DNA of 64,000 nt from Veleropilina oligotropha (lineage: Eukaryota), in NCBI GenBank assembly GCA_048128005.1, contig JBEUKZ010000100.1, forward strand, positions 372,001 through 436,000, written 5' to 3'. Positions within the stretch are counted from its first letter, which is position 1. Each line of letters starts with the position of its first letter. Made by a program: the position numbers and the translations under genes. Below the pieces are notes generated by a model. That model was given only the letters and a program-made list of their open reading frames with translations, did no database searches and was not told where the DNA came from. This document shows, in pieces, positions 29,901 to 44,700 of this stretch.

Positions 29901-32684
29901 AAAAGTACATGATATGTATAAAGGAAATATTTTGACATTGATAACTATGAAGATTAGATAAATATATTATATATATACATATATTTGTTTTGGCCCGGAA
30001 ATCTATCTGTGAAATCCCCTGGAGTTTGTGAGCGATAGACCACTGGTAATGGTGTTATAGGTATGGTAAGCAAGCACATAATGTATTATTGTACATTTTT
30101 AAAGAATAACAAGAAGACAAAGCCATCAATATCCCCTGCAATGGTACATTCACAATAATTACTATATGCTGTGTTCTTGAAAAAATATCGTTGATTTAAA
30201 TCATAACAAGGGAAATAACTCTGTCATTAATCATGACGCCACGTTAAAATTATGAAAAAGCACCAGTTAACAACTACTAAATACACCCACGAAGTTTCGC
30301 AATGATAAGTCAAGCACTGTATGAGATATAGTTGGGAATAACAAAATTAAAGCAAGGGCAATAACTCTGTGAATATTTGACGCACAAGTTCAACAACTGC
30401 TTAATACACCCACCAAATTGCGTAAAGTTATGCCAAGTGGTTTATGAGATACGCTTCGGAAAGGAGAACAGTAACAAATTATCAACAAGGGCAATAACTC
30501 TGTTTATGATCACCATACAACGTCGAAACTAGCAAAAGGCACCAGTTCACCGACTGCTTATTATATCCAGCAAGTTTCGTAAACTTATGTCAAGCGGTGT
30601 ATGAGCTATGCTCCGGAAAAGAGAAATTTAACGAATTTAGAAGGGAAATAACTCTGTTAATGATCGCCGCACAGCGTCGATACTAGTGAAAGGCACCAGT
30701 TCACCGACTACTGAATACATCCAGCAAGTTTCGTAAAGTTATGTCAAGTGGTGTATGAGCTACGCTCCGGAAAAGATAACATTAACGAATTTAGAACAAG
30801 GGAAATAACTCTGTTAATAATAGCGACACGACGTCGAAACTAGCAAAAGGCACCAGCTCACCGAGTACTTGATACACCCAGGACGTTTTGAAAAGTTATG
30901 TCAAGCGGTGTATGAGCTAGGCTCCGGAAAAGATAACATTAACGAATTTATAACAAGGAAAATAACTTTGTTAATAATAGCGACACGACGTCGAAACTAG
31001 CAGAAGGCACCAGTTCACTGACTACTTAATATATCCAGCAAGTTTCGTAAAGTTATGTCAAGCGGTGTATGAGCTAGGCTCGGGAAAAGATAACATTAAC
31101 AAATTTAGAACAAGGGAAATAACTCTGTTAATAATAGCGACACGATGTCGAAACTAGCAAAATGCACCAGTTCACCGACTACTTAATATATCCAGCAAGT
31201 TTCGTAAAGTTATGTTGAACGGTGTATGAGCTATGCTCCGGAAAACAGATATTTAATGAATTTAGAACAAGGGAAATAACTCTGTTAATAATCGCCACCC
31301 AACGTCAAAAAATATATCCAGCAAGTTTCGTACAGTTATGTCAAGCGATATATGAGCTATGCTCCGGAAAAGATAACATTAACAAATTTAGAACAAGGGA
31401 AATAACTCTGTTAATAACTAGGAAAAGGCACCAGTTCACCGAGTACTTAATACACCCAGGAAGTTTCGAAAAGCTATGTCAAGCAGTGTATGAGATATGC
31501 TCCGGAAAAGATAATTTGCACGGATGGACGGACGGTCTGCATTTTAATATCCCCCGCAAAAAAAAAGTGAATATGGATACTTTAATAAGCAACTATAATA
31601 TTATCATATAAAACGTTTAATACATATATGAGATTATGGCTATGGCATAACAGCATTTATGTAGACACGACTTTTTTCTTTGGTACATTGCTCGCTTTAT
31701 GCGGGAGACACATTGATTAATGTAAGCGCACATGCTGTTCTTGTCCTTTGTTTCATGGGTAAAATTTGGATTAATTTTGAGTACATGTGACATTTTAGTG
31801 ACATCTCATTGACTTTCAAAAAATCACTATTTTAAGTGGAGTATGATACGTTAAGGATTACTTACAGATTAGGGGTGGATCATCCAGTCCACTATTTTGT
31901 TATGCATCATGTGCTGGCGCGATTCACGCATGTAGATTAGAGATTGATTCAGTGTTACGAGAGTTATCTCCCTTCGCTAGTTGTTATCCACGCTTTGCGC
32001 AAGTAATCTATAGCATACGCAATTATACTTTGAGATTACACTACGAAATATGCATTCACTTCGATCCCTAGATACATCAATTTGGTACCACTTTGTTCAA
32101 TTCATGATATGCTCGAACCGGTTATCTCCCTATATTTTATATTGATATTAGTTTATTGATCCTCGTGCATGTAGATATGCATTAACCTTAACAGCTCTGT
32201 GTCATATATTATGATAATGATTTAATATCTGTCATAGTTTCCCTAGGAATTTTGTAATGGTTAATAGTACAACACTATTTGATGTTACTCTGTACTTTCA
32301 GCTTTTACTAAATTAAACTGTCACACAAGGCTTGGCTTTCGTCAGTACACATCAGGTGGACCTATTACTCAAACAATGCCATGTACCCCATGAAAGAATG
32401 AACATAAACATGTTTATAAATGTGCCATGGCCGTGGCTCGTAGTCAAGTGCAAAATATCTGTCATAGGCAGACTTACTGGTGACACGTATTCCGGATCAT
32501 ACTCAAATAGTTCGGGCATATTTCCTGGTATGTTGGGGTCACACTTAATTGGAAACTGTGAATTTTGAATCAATCGATTCGTAATATCAACACCTAGAAA
32601 AAAACAGAAATAAAATCAGCCAATAATACATACTACCATTAGATAATTATCTTAATATAATGGAGCTATAATTGTATGTGTGTG

Positions 32685-32715
<31 letters not shown>

Positions 32716-35700
32716 TTCAAGTTGAACTCCTCCCAGACGCTTTGACCTAGGACCTTCAAACTTTGGGGGGTTAATCGGGGTCCCCCAAGGAAGGTTTACC
32801 ACGAAAAAAATTCGTAAATTTCGGGAAAAAAAAAAAATATTTAAGGGAGCACTATCCAAAAAAAAAATAAAAAAATTGGGGTGGGGGGACTTACCCGGCG
32901 AAGACGGGTACCAATGCTAGTATAATTAATAACGTAATCTATACGTAGCGACAGTTTGCTTATTATTTGAAATAATAAGATATAAAATGCCCTTCAGGCG
33001 GTCTAGCTAGTGGAGGGCATCGTTGTTCACTGACACCATGGTGCCATTCAGGCAGTCTAGTGGAGGGCATCGCTGTTCACTGACGCCATGGTGCCATTCA
33101 GGCGGTCTAGTGGAGGGCAGCGCTGTTCACTGACGCCATGGTGCCATTCAGGCGGTCTAGTGGAGGGCAGCGCTGTTCACTGACGCCATGGTGCCATTCA
33201 GGCGGTCTAGTGGAGGGCAGCGCTGTTCACTGACACCATGGTGCCATTCAGGCGGTCTAGTGAAGGGCAGCGCTGTTCACTTACACCATGGTGCCATTCA
33301 GGCGGTCTAGTGAAGGGCAGCGCTGTTCACTGACACCATGGTCATTTAGTGGATTAAACTAAGACAATTCCACACTTACAGATATTGTAGATCCTATTTG
33401 TCGACATTACTTGCACACTTAACGGTACGCAAATACTTCCAGATCATTCGTCACTGTGAAATCTTTTGGCTTGTTTTAAATATGATTTCTTAAATTAAAC
33501 ACAAAGTGAAATGTAACATGGCATAAAATTTGTTTATACCGAATTAAATGCAAAAGAGGTCACAATGCGATTCTTTAAATGTTCGGAAGAAAGTCTGACA
33601 GGATCGATTAGTGAAGCCAAATCACTGATAGGTGATGACATCTGATTTCAGAATGTTGCAGCTGCGGACGTGCATAAAAATTCACCTTGTCAGAAGAACA
33701 TTTTTAGAAGCTAAAATTATTTCATTAATGATATACTGGAACAAAGGTAATTTACAACCACTCACAACCGATTAGTACATATGAAAAAGTGATTATATTT
33801 GACATTACAAACAAGATATATTATCATGGTAACCTTGCTTTTCAAAATCTTAAACAGACACTATATATTGACAATAGTCTCTTTAGTTTGGTCGCAATAT
33901 ATTTTTATAGCATAAAGTGGTGTTGCGAACAAAGTGGTATCAGTGACATAATAGATCAGGCCTCGACATTAAGGCTTGTCCGGTCATCCGGGACAACCAA
34001 AATAAAGTTAGGACAAGTTGAGTTCTTGATTTCCTTGTCCGTCGGACAAGTGACATAAAAAACGCATATTTTACCTGTGACTAAGCAATTTTATCAACTG
34101 AAGGTATTTGTCACAAACACCAATAACATTTTATTTAATGTTGTTCAAATAGTCTTAGCTGCGCTAATTCACTTTTAAAAACGCACGTGTTAAACTTCGT
34201 AAACAACAAGCGATGCTTCCACATTGTCATTGCTAATGGCCGACTTCCTTCTGTGGTAATATTATGTTACGGCTCTTTCTATTGGCTGTTTAATGATTGA
34301 CATGCCATTCGGAAATGTCGGCCTTCTCCGTCGCAATTTGAGAAGCTATTCAATTTTCAATGCGGAAGTTGCAAGCATTTTGTTTACTGGTGAAAAATAG
34401 CGATACTTGGGTATTAAACGCAATTTTACGAATTGCTTTAGCCGTATTACGTTTAATAATCAAGTGCGAAACAAAGCGCTCGGAAATTCTGTATTAACGC
34501 GTAGAAAACCGGGCCGGCAACATGCAGCCGTACTGACGACGTGCCCGAAAATGGAAAAATAAACATACATTGCTAACGTGAAAGATTTTACTTTACTTCA
34601 CATTAGTTGGTACATTTCCCTTAAAGGCCGTTATGAAAATAATGAATATTGACTTTTTAACATATAATTATGGAAAAGTCGCGACTTTGTATGGTAATAA
34701 AATTGTGATCATATTTTTTTTAAATAAATGATAAATTGCAAGTGTTACCTAAAATTGTTCTGTTACTTAAACTTTAATGTATTTGAAATAACTTGCACCT
34801 ATAATTATCATTTTGACATTTCTTTCAGAATATATACAAATTATACTTTTGGAAACACAAAATGAGTAATTTATTTCAAAAGGATGAATTAAATGCACCA
34901 TCCTGATACCATTTATAACATCTAACATTCGAAATTTAAACAATGACGAACAGATTGACTTCAATCGATGATTAATGCTCTGCTTATAACAACCCGTTAG
35001 GTTCATACAGGCCATAACATGTCCATATTATCGCGGTGGAATTGTCCGCTCGCCAACTTATTCGGACAAGTGAAATATTATTGCGGACAAGTAGGATTTG
35101 GCACCTACTTGTCCGACGGACAAGTAGACCAAAATCCTTAATGTCAAGGCCTGTAGATTATGGTCAATTAGGCAGTCATGATGTAATATTACAAAATAAA
35201 CTTGGCGCTGCGAGCCACCATTTGTCAGAATATTGGTAATGAAACAGTTAAATAATTCTTGTGAAATTTATTTTAAATACAGCAACAAAATGTAAAGGTA
35301 ATGTAGCAACATAATTTATAATGCTGATACGTCACCCTATGCCATTTTTAAAATGACATCAGTACCTTTTAAATCTGAAGAACACACAGAGACATCGTAA
35401 CCAGGTTGGCATACAGAATTTCCTGATCCGCCACAGGTGCAATAAGATTGTTCGAGAATGTCGTCCCATTTCTCCACTTCAGCACTCGAACATGTGCCAG
35501 TATAGATCGTGTCATTGGGGTGAACTCTGAAAGAACAAGCGCATAGTAGACTGGACGGTGACGCACCACAATCATTATTCAATATAAAAAGTAACTAGCA
35601 TGCCAATATGTACACTGCGCTAAAGAACACTAATTACAGTCACTACAGACCAATTATCAATGATATTTAACATTCTATTCGGAAAAAGTTTTTAAAGTTT

Positions 35701-38700
35701 TGATTTTTGGGGGGAGAGAGTTACTGTAAACCATTGTGTTTAATGGCCATAAAATTCAGCGATTTCGCAACTCCCTGTATATTAGCAGCTATGTAATTTA
35801 GCGATTTTCAATTCAAAAGTTAAACAAAATTGAGCTTTTCTAATCTAATGTTTTGCAGCCTTTTATTTTTGCGACAAAATTAAATATGCGAAACTCGCAA
35901 CAATAAAAGGCATGGTAATATATAGGGTTTACAGTATTGTCCTATGTAACATCACTGGTAACATTGAGACATGACCATATAATTATTATCATGCGACATC
36001 GATGGTAACATTGACACATGTCCATATCATCATGCGACATCGATGGTAACATTGACACATGTCCATATCATCATGCAACATCGATGGTAACATTGACACA
36101 TGTCCATATCATCATGCAACATCGATGGTAACATTGACACATGTCCATATCATCATGCGACATCGATGGTAACATTGACACATGTCCATATAATCATGCG
36201 ACATCGATGGTAACACTGAGACATGTCCATATTATCATGCGACATCGATGGTAGCATTGACACATGTCCATATCATCATGCAACATCGATGGTAGCATTG
36301 ACACATGTCCATATCATCATGCAACATCGATGGTCACATTGACACATGTCCATATTATCATGCGACATCGATGGTCCCATTGAGACATGTCCATATTATC
36401 ATGCGACATAGATGGTCACATTGACACATGTCCATATTATCATGCGACATAGATGGTCACATTGAGACGTGTCCATATTATCATGCGACATCGATGGTCA
36501 CATTGAGAAAAGTTTGTATTATCAGGTGAATACAGACCATCTACCCACATAGTTACGGAAAACTCTGTCAATTCCACAAAGATCCTCAGCTGAAGATTCC
36601 AACACAGTTGGGAGCAACGTTTTCAGCCAATTGGACACATGGACCACCTTTATTAACTTAAAGTAACACTGCTATACTCAACAGCCAACAGAACCATCAT
36701 AGATGACTTTAAAAGCCGGAAAGATGTACATAAATACATACAAACATTAGGCACCATCATCAATGATGCTACATCATTTCCAACACATACCTCCATGCCA
36801 GAATGAAATCAATAGGTTCATCTTTATTGCCAGTAAAGGCACTGCCATCAGGCATGATCATATCGTCAGAACTGTCATCGTTCAACAGACCTCCCAAACC
36901 TGCAACAATGCCATGATGCTAAAGTCATATAATAATATATTGTATACACCTCGTAAAAGTCCTCTGATATTTCAACCATAGACACCATGATGTGCGAACC
37001 CTAGTGCACTGGTCCAAAACATATTGTGTAGACACCAGAACATGTGCGATATTCGGAGAAAATAATTATATGTCGATCATGAAAATTTTGAAACTTGTTT
37101 ACACAACATTGGTGGACATTTGCTAGTGGATATTATGGACACCATTGCTACTGGAGGTATATATAGGGCTCGCTAGTTGTGGACGATGAGTGTTTGCTAC
37201 AATTAATGATTTTTACTGCAACATGACCATTTCGGGCAAGAATATTTTAGCTATGGAATACAGGTTTCGTCGACAAAACAAATTACTTAGTACCTGATGT
37301 TTTCTATTTATTAATGAGCTCACAAATTGCACAACTTTTTATTAACCATACATAATGCATGCTAGCAGCACCAGTTGCATCACCATGGTGAGATTTGTTG
37401 TTAATCCGAATTTCCTGGAAATGAGACATTTAAATATCATAATTTAACATTTATGCTATCATATCAATTATCACACCATCTACTCACCTTCTGTTTGGTT
37501 GTAATCAGAAGCTGAGGCCTGAATCCACACATTTAAAAAAGGGACGCCTACCATAACGCTGACCTTGACAACTACTAATGTCCCAGTGGGGAGGAAGACC
37601 TGAAACAATATGATGCATGTATCGAGATGGACGACAACTACTAATGTGATTATGTCCCAGTGAGGAGGAGGACCTGAAACAATATGATGCATGTATCGAG
37701 ATGGACGACAACTACTAATGTGATTATGTCCCAGTGGGGTGGAGGACCTGAAATAATAGGATGCATGTATCGAGATGGACGACAACTACTAATGTCCCAG
37801 TGGGGAGGAGGACCTGAAACAATATGATGCATGTATCGAGATGGACGACAACTACTAATGTGATTATGTCCCAGTGGGGTGGAGGACCTGAAATAATAGG
37901 ATGCATGTATCGAGATGGACGACAACTACTAATGTCCCAGTGGGGAGGAGGACCTGAAACAATATGATGCATGTATCGAGATGGACGACAACTACTAATG
38001 TCCCAGTGGGGAGGAAGACCTGAAACAATATGATGCATGTATCGAGATGGACGACAACTACTAATGTGATTATGTCCCAGTGAGGAGGAGGACCTGAAAC
38101 AATATAGTGAGGAGGAGGACCTGAAACAATATGATGCATGTATCGAGATGGATGACAACTACTAATGTGATTATGTCCCAGTGGGGAGGAGGACATGAAA
38201 CAATAGGATGCATGTATCGAGATGGACGACAACTACTAATGTCCCAGTGGGGAGGAGGACCTGAAACAATATGATGCATGTATCGAGATGGACGACAACT
38301 ACTAATGTCCCAGTGGGGAGGAAGACCTGAAACAATATGATGCATGTATCGAGATGGACGACAACTACTAATATGATTATGTCCCAGTGAGGAGGAGGAC
38401 CTGAAACAATATGATGCATGTATCGAGATGGACGACAACTACTAATGTGATTATGTCCCAGTGAGGAGGAGGACCTGAAACAATATAGTGAGGAGGAGGA
38501 CCTGAAACAATATGATGCATGTATCGAGATGGATGACAACTACTAATGTGATTATGTCCCAGTGGGGAAGAGGGCCTGAAACAATATGATGCATGTATCG
38601 AGATGGATGACAACTACTAATGTCCCAGTGGGGAGGAAGACCTGAAACAATATGATGCATGTATCGAGATGGACGACAACTACTAATGTGATTATGTCCC

Positions 38701-41700
38701 AGTGAGGAGGAGGACCTGAAACAATATAGTGAGGAGGAGGACCTGAAACAATATGATGCATGTATCGAGATGGACGACAACTACTAATATGATTATGTCC
38801 CAGTGAGGAGGAGGACCTGAAACAATATAGTGAGGAGGAGGACCTGAAACAATATGATGCATCTATCGAGATGGATGACAACTACTAATGTGATTATGTC
38901 CCAGTGGGGAGGAGGACATGAAACAATAGGATGCATGTATCGAGATGGATGACAACTAATGTCCCAGTGGGGAGGAGGACCTGAAACAATAGGATGCATG
39001 TATCGAGATGGACGACAACTACTAATGTCCCAGTGGGGAGGAGGACCTGAAACAATATGATGCATGTATCGAGATGGACGACAACTACTAATGTACATGT
39101 CCAAGTGGGAAGGAGGACCTGAAACAAATATGATGCATGTATCGAGATGGACGACAACTACTAATGTCCCAGTGTGGAGGAGGATCTGAAACAATATGAT
39201 GCATGCATCGAGATGGACAACAACTACTAATGTCCCAGTGGGGAGGAGGACATGAAACAATATGATTCATGTATCGAGATGGACGACAACTACTAATGTC
39301 CCAGTGGGGAGGAGGGCCTGAAACAAATATGATGCATGTATCGAGAGGGACGCCAACTACTAATGTCCCAGTGGGGAGGAAGACCTGAAACAATATGATG
39401 CATGTATCGAGATGGACGACAACTACTAATGTTATTATGTCCCAGTGAGGAGGAGGACCTGAAACAATATAGTGAGGAGGAGGACCTGAAACAATATGAT
39501 GCATGTATCGAGATGGATGACAACTACTAATGTGATTATGTCCCAGTGGGGAGGAGGACATGAAACAATAGGATGCATGTATCGAGATGGACGACAACTA
39601 CTAATGTCCCAGTGGGGAGGAGGACCTGAAACAATATGATGCATGTATCGAGATGGACGACAACTACTAATGTCCCAGTGGGGAGGAAGACCTGAAACAA
39701 TATGATGCATGTATCGAGATGGACGACAACTACTAATATGATTATGTCCCAGTGAGGAGGAGGACCTGAAACAATATGATGCATGTATCGAGATGGACGA
39801 CAACTACTAATGTGATTATGTCCCAGTGAGGAGGAGGACCTGAAACAATATAGTGAGGAGGAGGACCTGAAACAATATGATGCATGTATCGAGATGGATG
39901 ACAACTACTAATGTGATTATGTCCCAGTGGGGAAGAGGACCTGAAACAATATGATGCATGTATCGAGATGGACGACAACTACTAATGTCCCAGTGGGGAG
40001 GAAGACCTGAAACAATATGATGCATGTATCGAGATGGACGACAACTACTAATGTGATTATGTCCCAGTGAGGAGGAGGACCTGAAACAATATAGTGAGGA
40101 GGAGGACCTGAAACAATATGATGCATGTATCGAGATGGACGACAACTACTAATATGATTATGTCCCAGTGAGGAGGAGGACCTGAAACAATATAGTGAGG
40201 AGGAGGACCTGAAACAATATGATGCATCTATCGAGATGGATGACAACTACTAATGTGATTATGTCCCAGTGGGGAGGAGGACATGAAACAATAGGATGCA
40301 TGTATCGAGATGGATGACAACTACTAATGTCCCAGTGGGGAGGAGGACCTGAAACAATAGGATGCATGTATCGAGATGGACGACAACTACTAATGTCCCA
40401 GTGGGGAGGAGGACCTGAAACAATATGATGCATGTATCGAGATGGACGACAACTACTAATGTACATGTCCAAGTGGGAAGGAGGACCTGAAACAAATATG
40501 ATGCATGTATCGAGATGGACGACAACTACTAATGTCCCAGTGTGGAGGAGGATCTGAAACAATATGATGCATGCATCGAGATGGACAACAACTACTAATG
40601 TCCCAGTGGGGAGGAGGACATGAAACAATATGATTCATGTATCGAGATGGACGACAACTACTAATGTCCCAGTGGGGAGGAGGGCCTGAAACAAATATGA
40701 TGCATGTATCGAGAGGGACGCCAACTACTAATGTCCCAGTGGGGAGGAGGACCTGAAACAAATATGATGCATGTATCGAGATGGACGACAACTACTAATG
40801 TCCCAGTGGGGAGAAGGACCTGAAACAATATGATGCATGTATCGAGATGGACAACAACTACTAATGTCCCAGTGGGGAGGACCTGAAACAATATGATACA
40901 TGTTTCGAGATGGACGACAACTACTAATGTTCCAGTGGGGAGGAGGACCTGAAACAATATGATGCATGTATCGAGATGGATGACAACTACTAATGTCCCA
41001 GTGGGGAGGAAGACCTGAAACAATATGATACATGTATCGAGATGGACGACAACTACTAATGTCCCAGTGGGGAGGAGGACCTGAAACAAATATGATCAAT
41101 GCATGTATCGAGATGGACGACAACTACTAATGTCCCAGTGGGGAGGAGGACCTGAAACAAATATGATCAATGCATGTATCGAGAAAGACGACAACTACTA
41201 ATGTCCCAGTGGGGAGGAGGACCTGAAACAAATATGATGCATGTATCGAGATGGACGACAACTACTAATGTCCCAGTGGGGAGGAGGACCTGAAACAAAT
41301 ATGATACATGTATCGAGATGGACTCTTTTGATGGTCTGAATAGCCATGGCATACCCCATGTTTAGTAATCAAACTGCACATCATCCGCTAAAAGGTAACT
41401 GGAGTCTTTGTTTCCAGTTTCAATGTGCACCATTTGGTAATTTAAGAGGCAAATTCGGCTTCAGCATGTCGGATCTCAGTGCACTTTAAACATGGCCTTC
41501 CGAATTCGATGAACAGTGAATGAAATAGTTACTCTTTGAGATGTCAATCGGACATGTATATATATTTTATAAAACTATGTAATCATTACTGTTATGGCAA
41601 TTACATTAAGTTTTGCTGGCATGTAAGGTATATATTGTCCTGCATTACCTTGTGTTTCCTGCCGCCATATTCGCTCATGATGCGAGTACCGGGGGTGAGA

Positions 41701-44700
41701 CCACCGTTTCGATACATCTTGATGGTGATCGGGAAGTTATCAGTGGAATCGAGCTTGGCCCCACATTTATCGATTAGAATGACATCATCGCCCGACTTTA
41801 TGGCCACAGCGCAGTTACACGATGCCCGATCTCCTTCACATTGCCGATAAAAAGTGTGTACCTACAACATAAATGCATTCAATTCACATCAGCGGATGCC
41901 ATTCCCAAAGGGACACATGTGACTAGATATTGTCGTTGAAAAATGTATGCACTGAATTAATCATCAAGCCTTGAAAAGGTGAATGACAAAAGGCTTGAAC
42001 ACTGTTATAAGAGGACGTCACATTATACCTGTTGTCTCTGTACTATAATGCCTACAGAAATGTGCATTATATATAGGCAGTCGCTCAGAGAAGATTGATT
42101 CTATAATCAACTGTACTGCCTCGTTAAAGATGCTGATTCCACTTCAGTCCCGAAAAGTGGGATTTAACGCCAATGTAACTCTTTTTGTATGTATTCATTT
42201 CATAAAGTTATGCAGGTTTAGATATTACAGTATAATCCCTCCAAACCGAACACGAATGGGACCAACAAATTTGTTCGGTTTGGAGGGATGTTCGGTTTAC
42301 TGAGATATGATGATAAATCTGATATAGAAATCTAATTTATTGATCTAATAAAGATGAACATAAGGAGAATAGTTATTTACATGTATGATATTATATAGAG
42401 TGATGCATTTAAACTGTAAATTATCTTAGCAATTTTTTAAAAACGTTGTAATATCACTTTTCTTATTTTGGCATTTCTCTTTTACAATAGCACATTGCGA
42501 CATTACATTTAATTCCATTGCATGGCTAATAAAACATTGATCCTTTTTCATTGCAAATGTTTTAAGTTTCTCAGAAAAAGCCATAATGTCTTTGTAAGTG
42601 ATATCAATGTCATCGCCGTTGTTGTTATTGCTGCATTCATCGTCGTCATCACTCACGTTTTCGCCAATGGCTTTGTCCTCACATTGTTCGACCAGAGCAC
42701 GTTCCCAGTCTTCATTGTCATTCTCAATTGCAACATCACTGTCAAAGTCAATTAAATTATCCATGTCGAGATCGGGACAAGCACTTTGTAAACGTTTAGC
42801 GAGTTGTGCGAGTGGAATGTCATCATCCTCACTATCATCTTCATCTGGTTGCTGGCAAAATCCAGCATTGGCGAAGCATTTTTCAATTGTCACAGCCTTT
42901 GTTTCATTCCATGCACTAGATATCCAGTGCAGAGCATCCAGAACAGTAATTTCTTTGCAAATTTCCGAAGCATTTTTGCATCCATCAATTTTGCAAAGAA
43001 GCGATCGGAGGAGATGCTTTTGATATCTTGCCGTAAAAGCACGAATAATGCCCTGGTCCATGGGCTGTAGATGTGATGTTGTGTTGGGTGGCAAGAACTT
43101 TAACGTGACATTGCTCAATGCTAAGCAATGAGCATGAGAAATGGCGTTATCGAGAATCATCAATATGCTTCGATTTTGCTTTTTCATGTCAGCATTCACA
43201 CTTGTAATCCACTCAATAAACAGATTGGTTGTCATCCAGGCCTTTTTATTCCAGCACCAAGTGATAGGCAACTCATTTACGTTTTTAAAGCAACGAGGCT
43301 TCTTCGATTTTCCAATGACAAGAGGCTTAAGTTTTTCACCTGTGGCACTAGCTGCTAGCATAACTGTTAATCTTTCTTTCGATAACTTTCCCCCTTTACT
43401 GGATTGTCCTTTTGCACTTAATGGTTTGTCTGGCAGAGCACGAAAGAATAATGCTGTTTTAAATCGACATTTACTCGCATTAGCATTCGTTTCGTAATTG
43501 ACGATGATTTCCGATTTCTTTTTCAAAATGTCGCAAACAGTAAACTTCCCAATACCGAATTTATCGCCAAGTTCCTTTTGCGTTGGTTTAGGGACACGCT
43601 CCGATTCCTTGATCAGTTTAAATTTCTTTTCCAATGGCAAATCCAATCGAGCGCGTTTTGCTGGTCTCTGTGACATGACTATCGTCATACATATTGACAT
43701 GTAATAATCGTGTATCTTATATACCCACGCAAATAAAAGCCAACTTAATCTTTATTTCACACCAAACATTGGGTTTGTTCAATAAACGCACATTCAACAA
43801 TGGCATAATCTGATTTCCTGTCGGCATCACAAATTCAAAAATATCAATCACTTGCACAGCTTAAAATGATGATAAAAATCATTTCAAGTTGCCGACACTA
43901 CCAATTAAAGAATATTTATTGTGAAACTGTTTTAATCATTCAAAAGCAATTGAGTCTGTGACATTATGATCCGATTACAATTTCGAAGACTATTTCTAAC
44001 AAGTAGCCGATTAATAGAACTTATCAAGGTCTCAGACATCTGGTTTTAACCGCATTGCTTTGAGCCATGCGCGTGTTTACATTATTGATTTAAGGCGTAA
44101 ATACAATGACGATTCGTGGGACAAAGGCGTATTGAACGTACATTGTTATAGGATGAAAATATGTGCGACACTATATAATACTGACTCGCGTTGTTGTCAT
44201 AACAATTGCGCAATTCATTGAAAAGAACCGCCAATTATAAATCTCAAAGGTAAAGATATTTTAGTTTGTATCAGAAAATGCGTTCGGTTTATAGAGTCGT
44301 TTTTTAGCATTATTTCGTTATTTGGGACTTGCAATGATGTTCGGTATTCGGAATTGAGGGAGTTCGGTTTATTGAGAACATTTTATATGTAAATTAATAA
44401 GGGGAAAAACGGGACCGAGAAAATCGTTCGGAATAGAGAGGAATCCGGTTTTATGAGAGTTCGGTTTGGAGGGATTATACCGTATATCCAAAAATAAAAT
44501 ATAACTGAGACATGACCATATTAATTATTATCATATCTAAAAATAAAATATAAGATATAGTAATAACTAATGTTTAAAGTGTCGATATTGAACGAGATTG
44601 TAAGCTGTTTATTCACGGCGATCATTCACGTCAGTTTTTGGAAGTTTCGACCATATCGATATATATTTTATTAACGAAAACAATATTTTATCTGAACATA

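Noticed and set aside
37567..41323. CRISPR-like appearance of regular repeats here and in other arrays
   Set aside because: No unique spacers, no cas genes, eukaryotic intron context.
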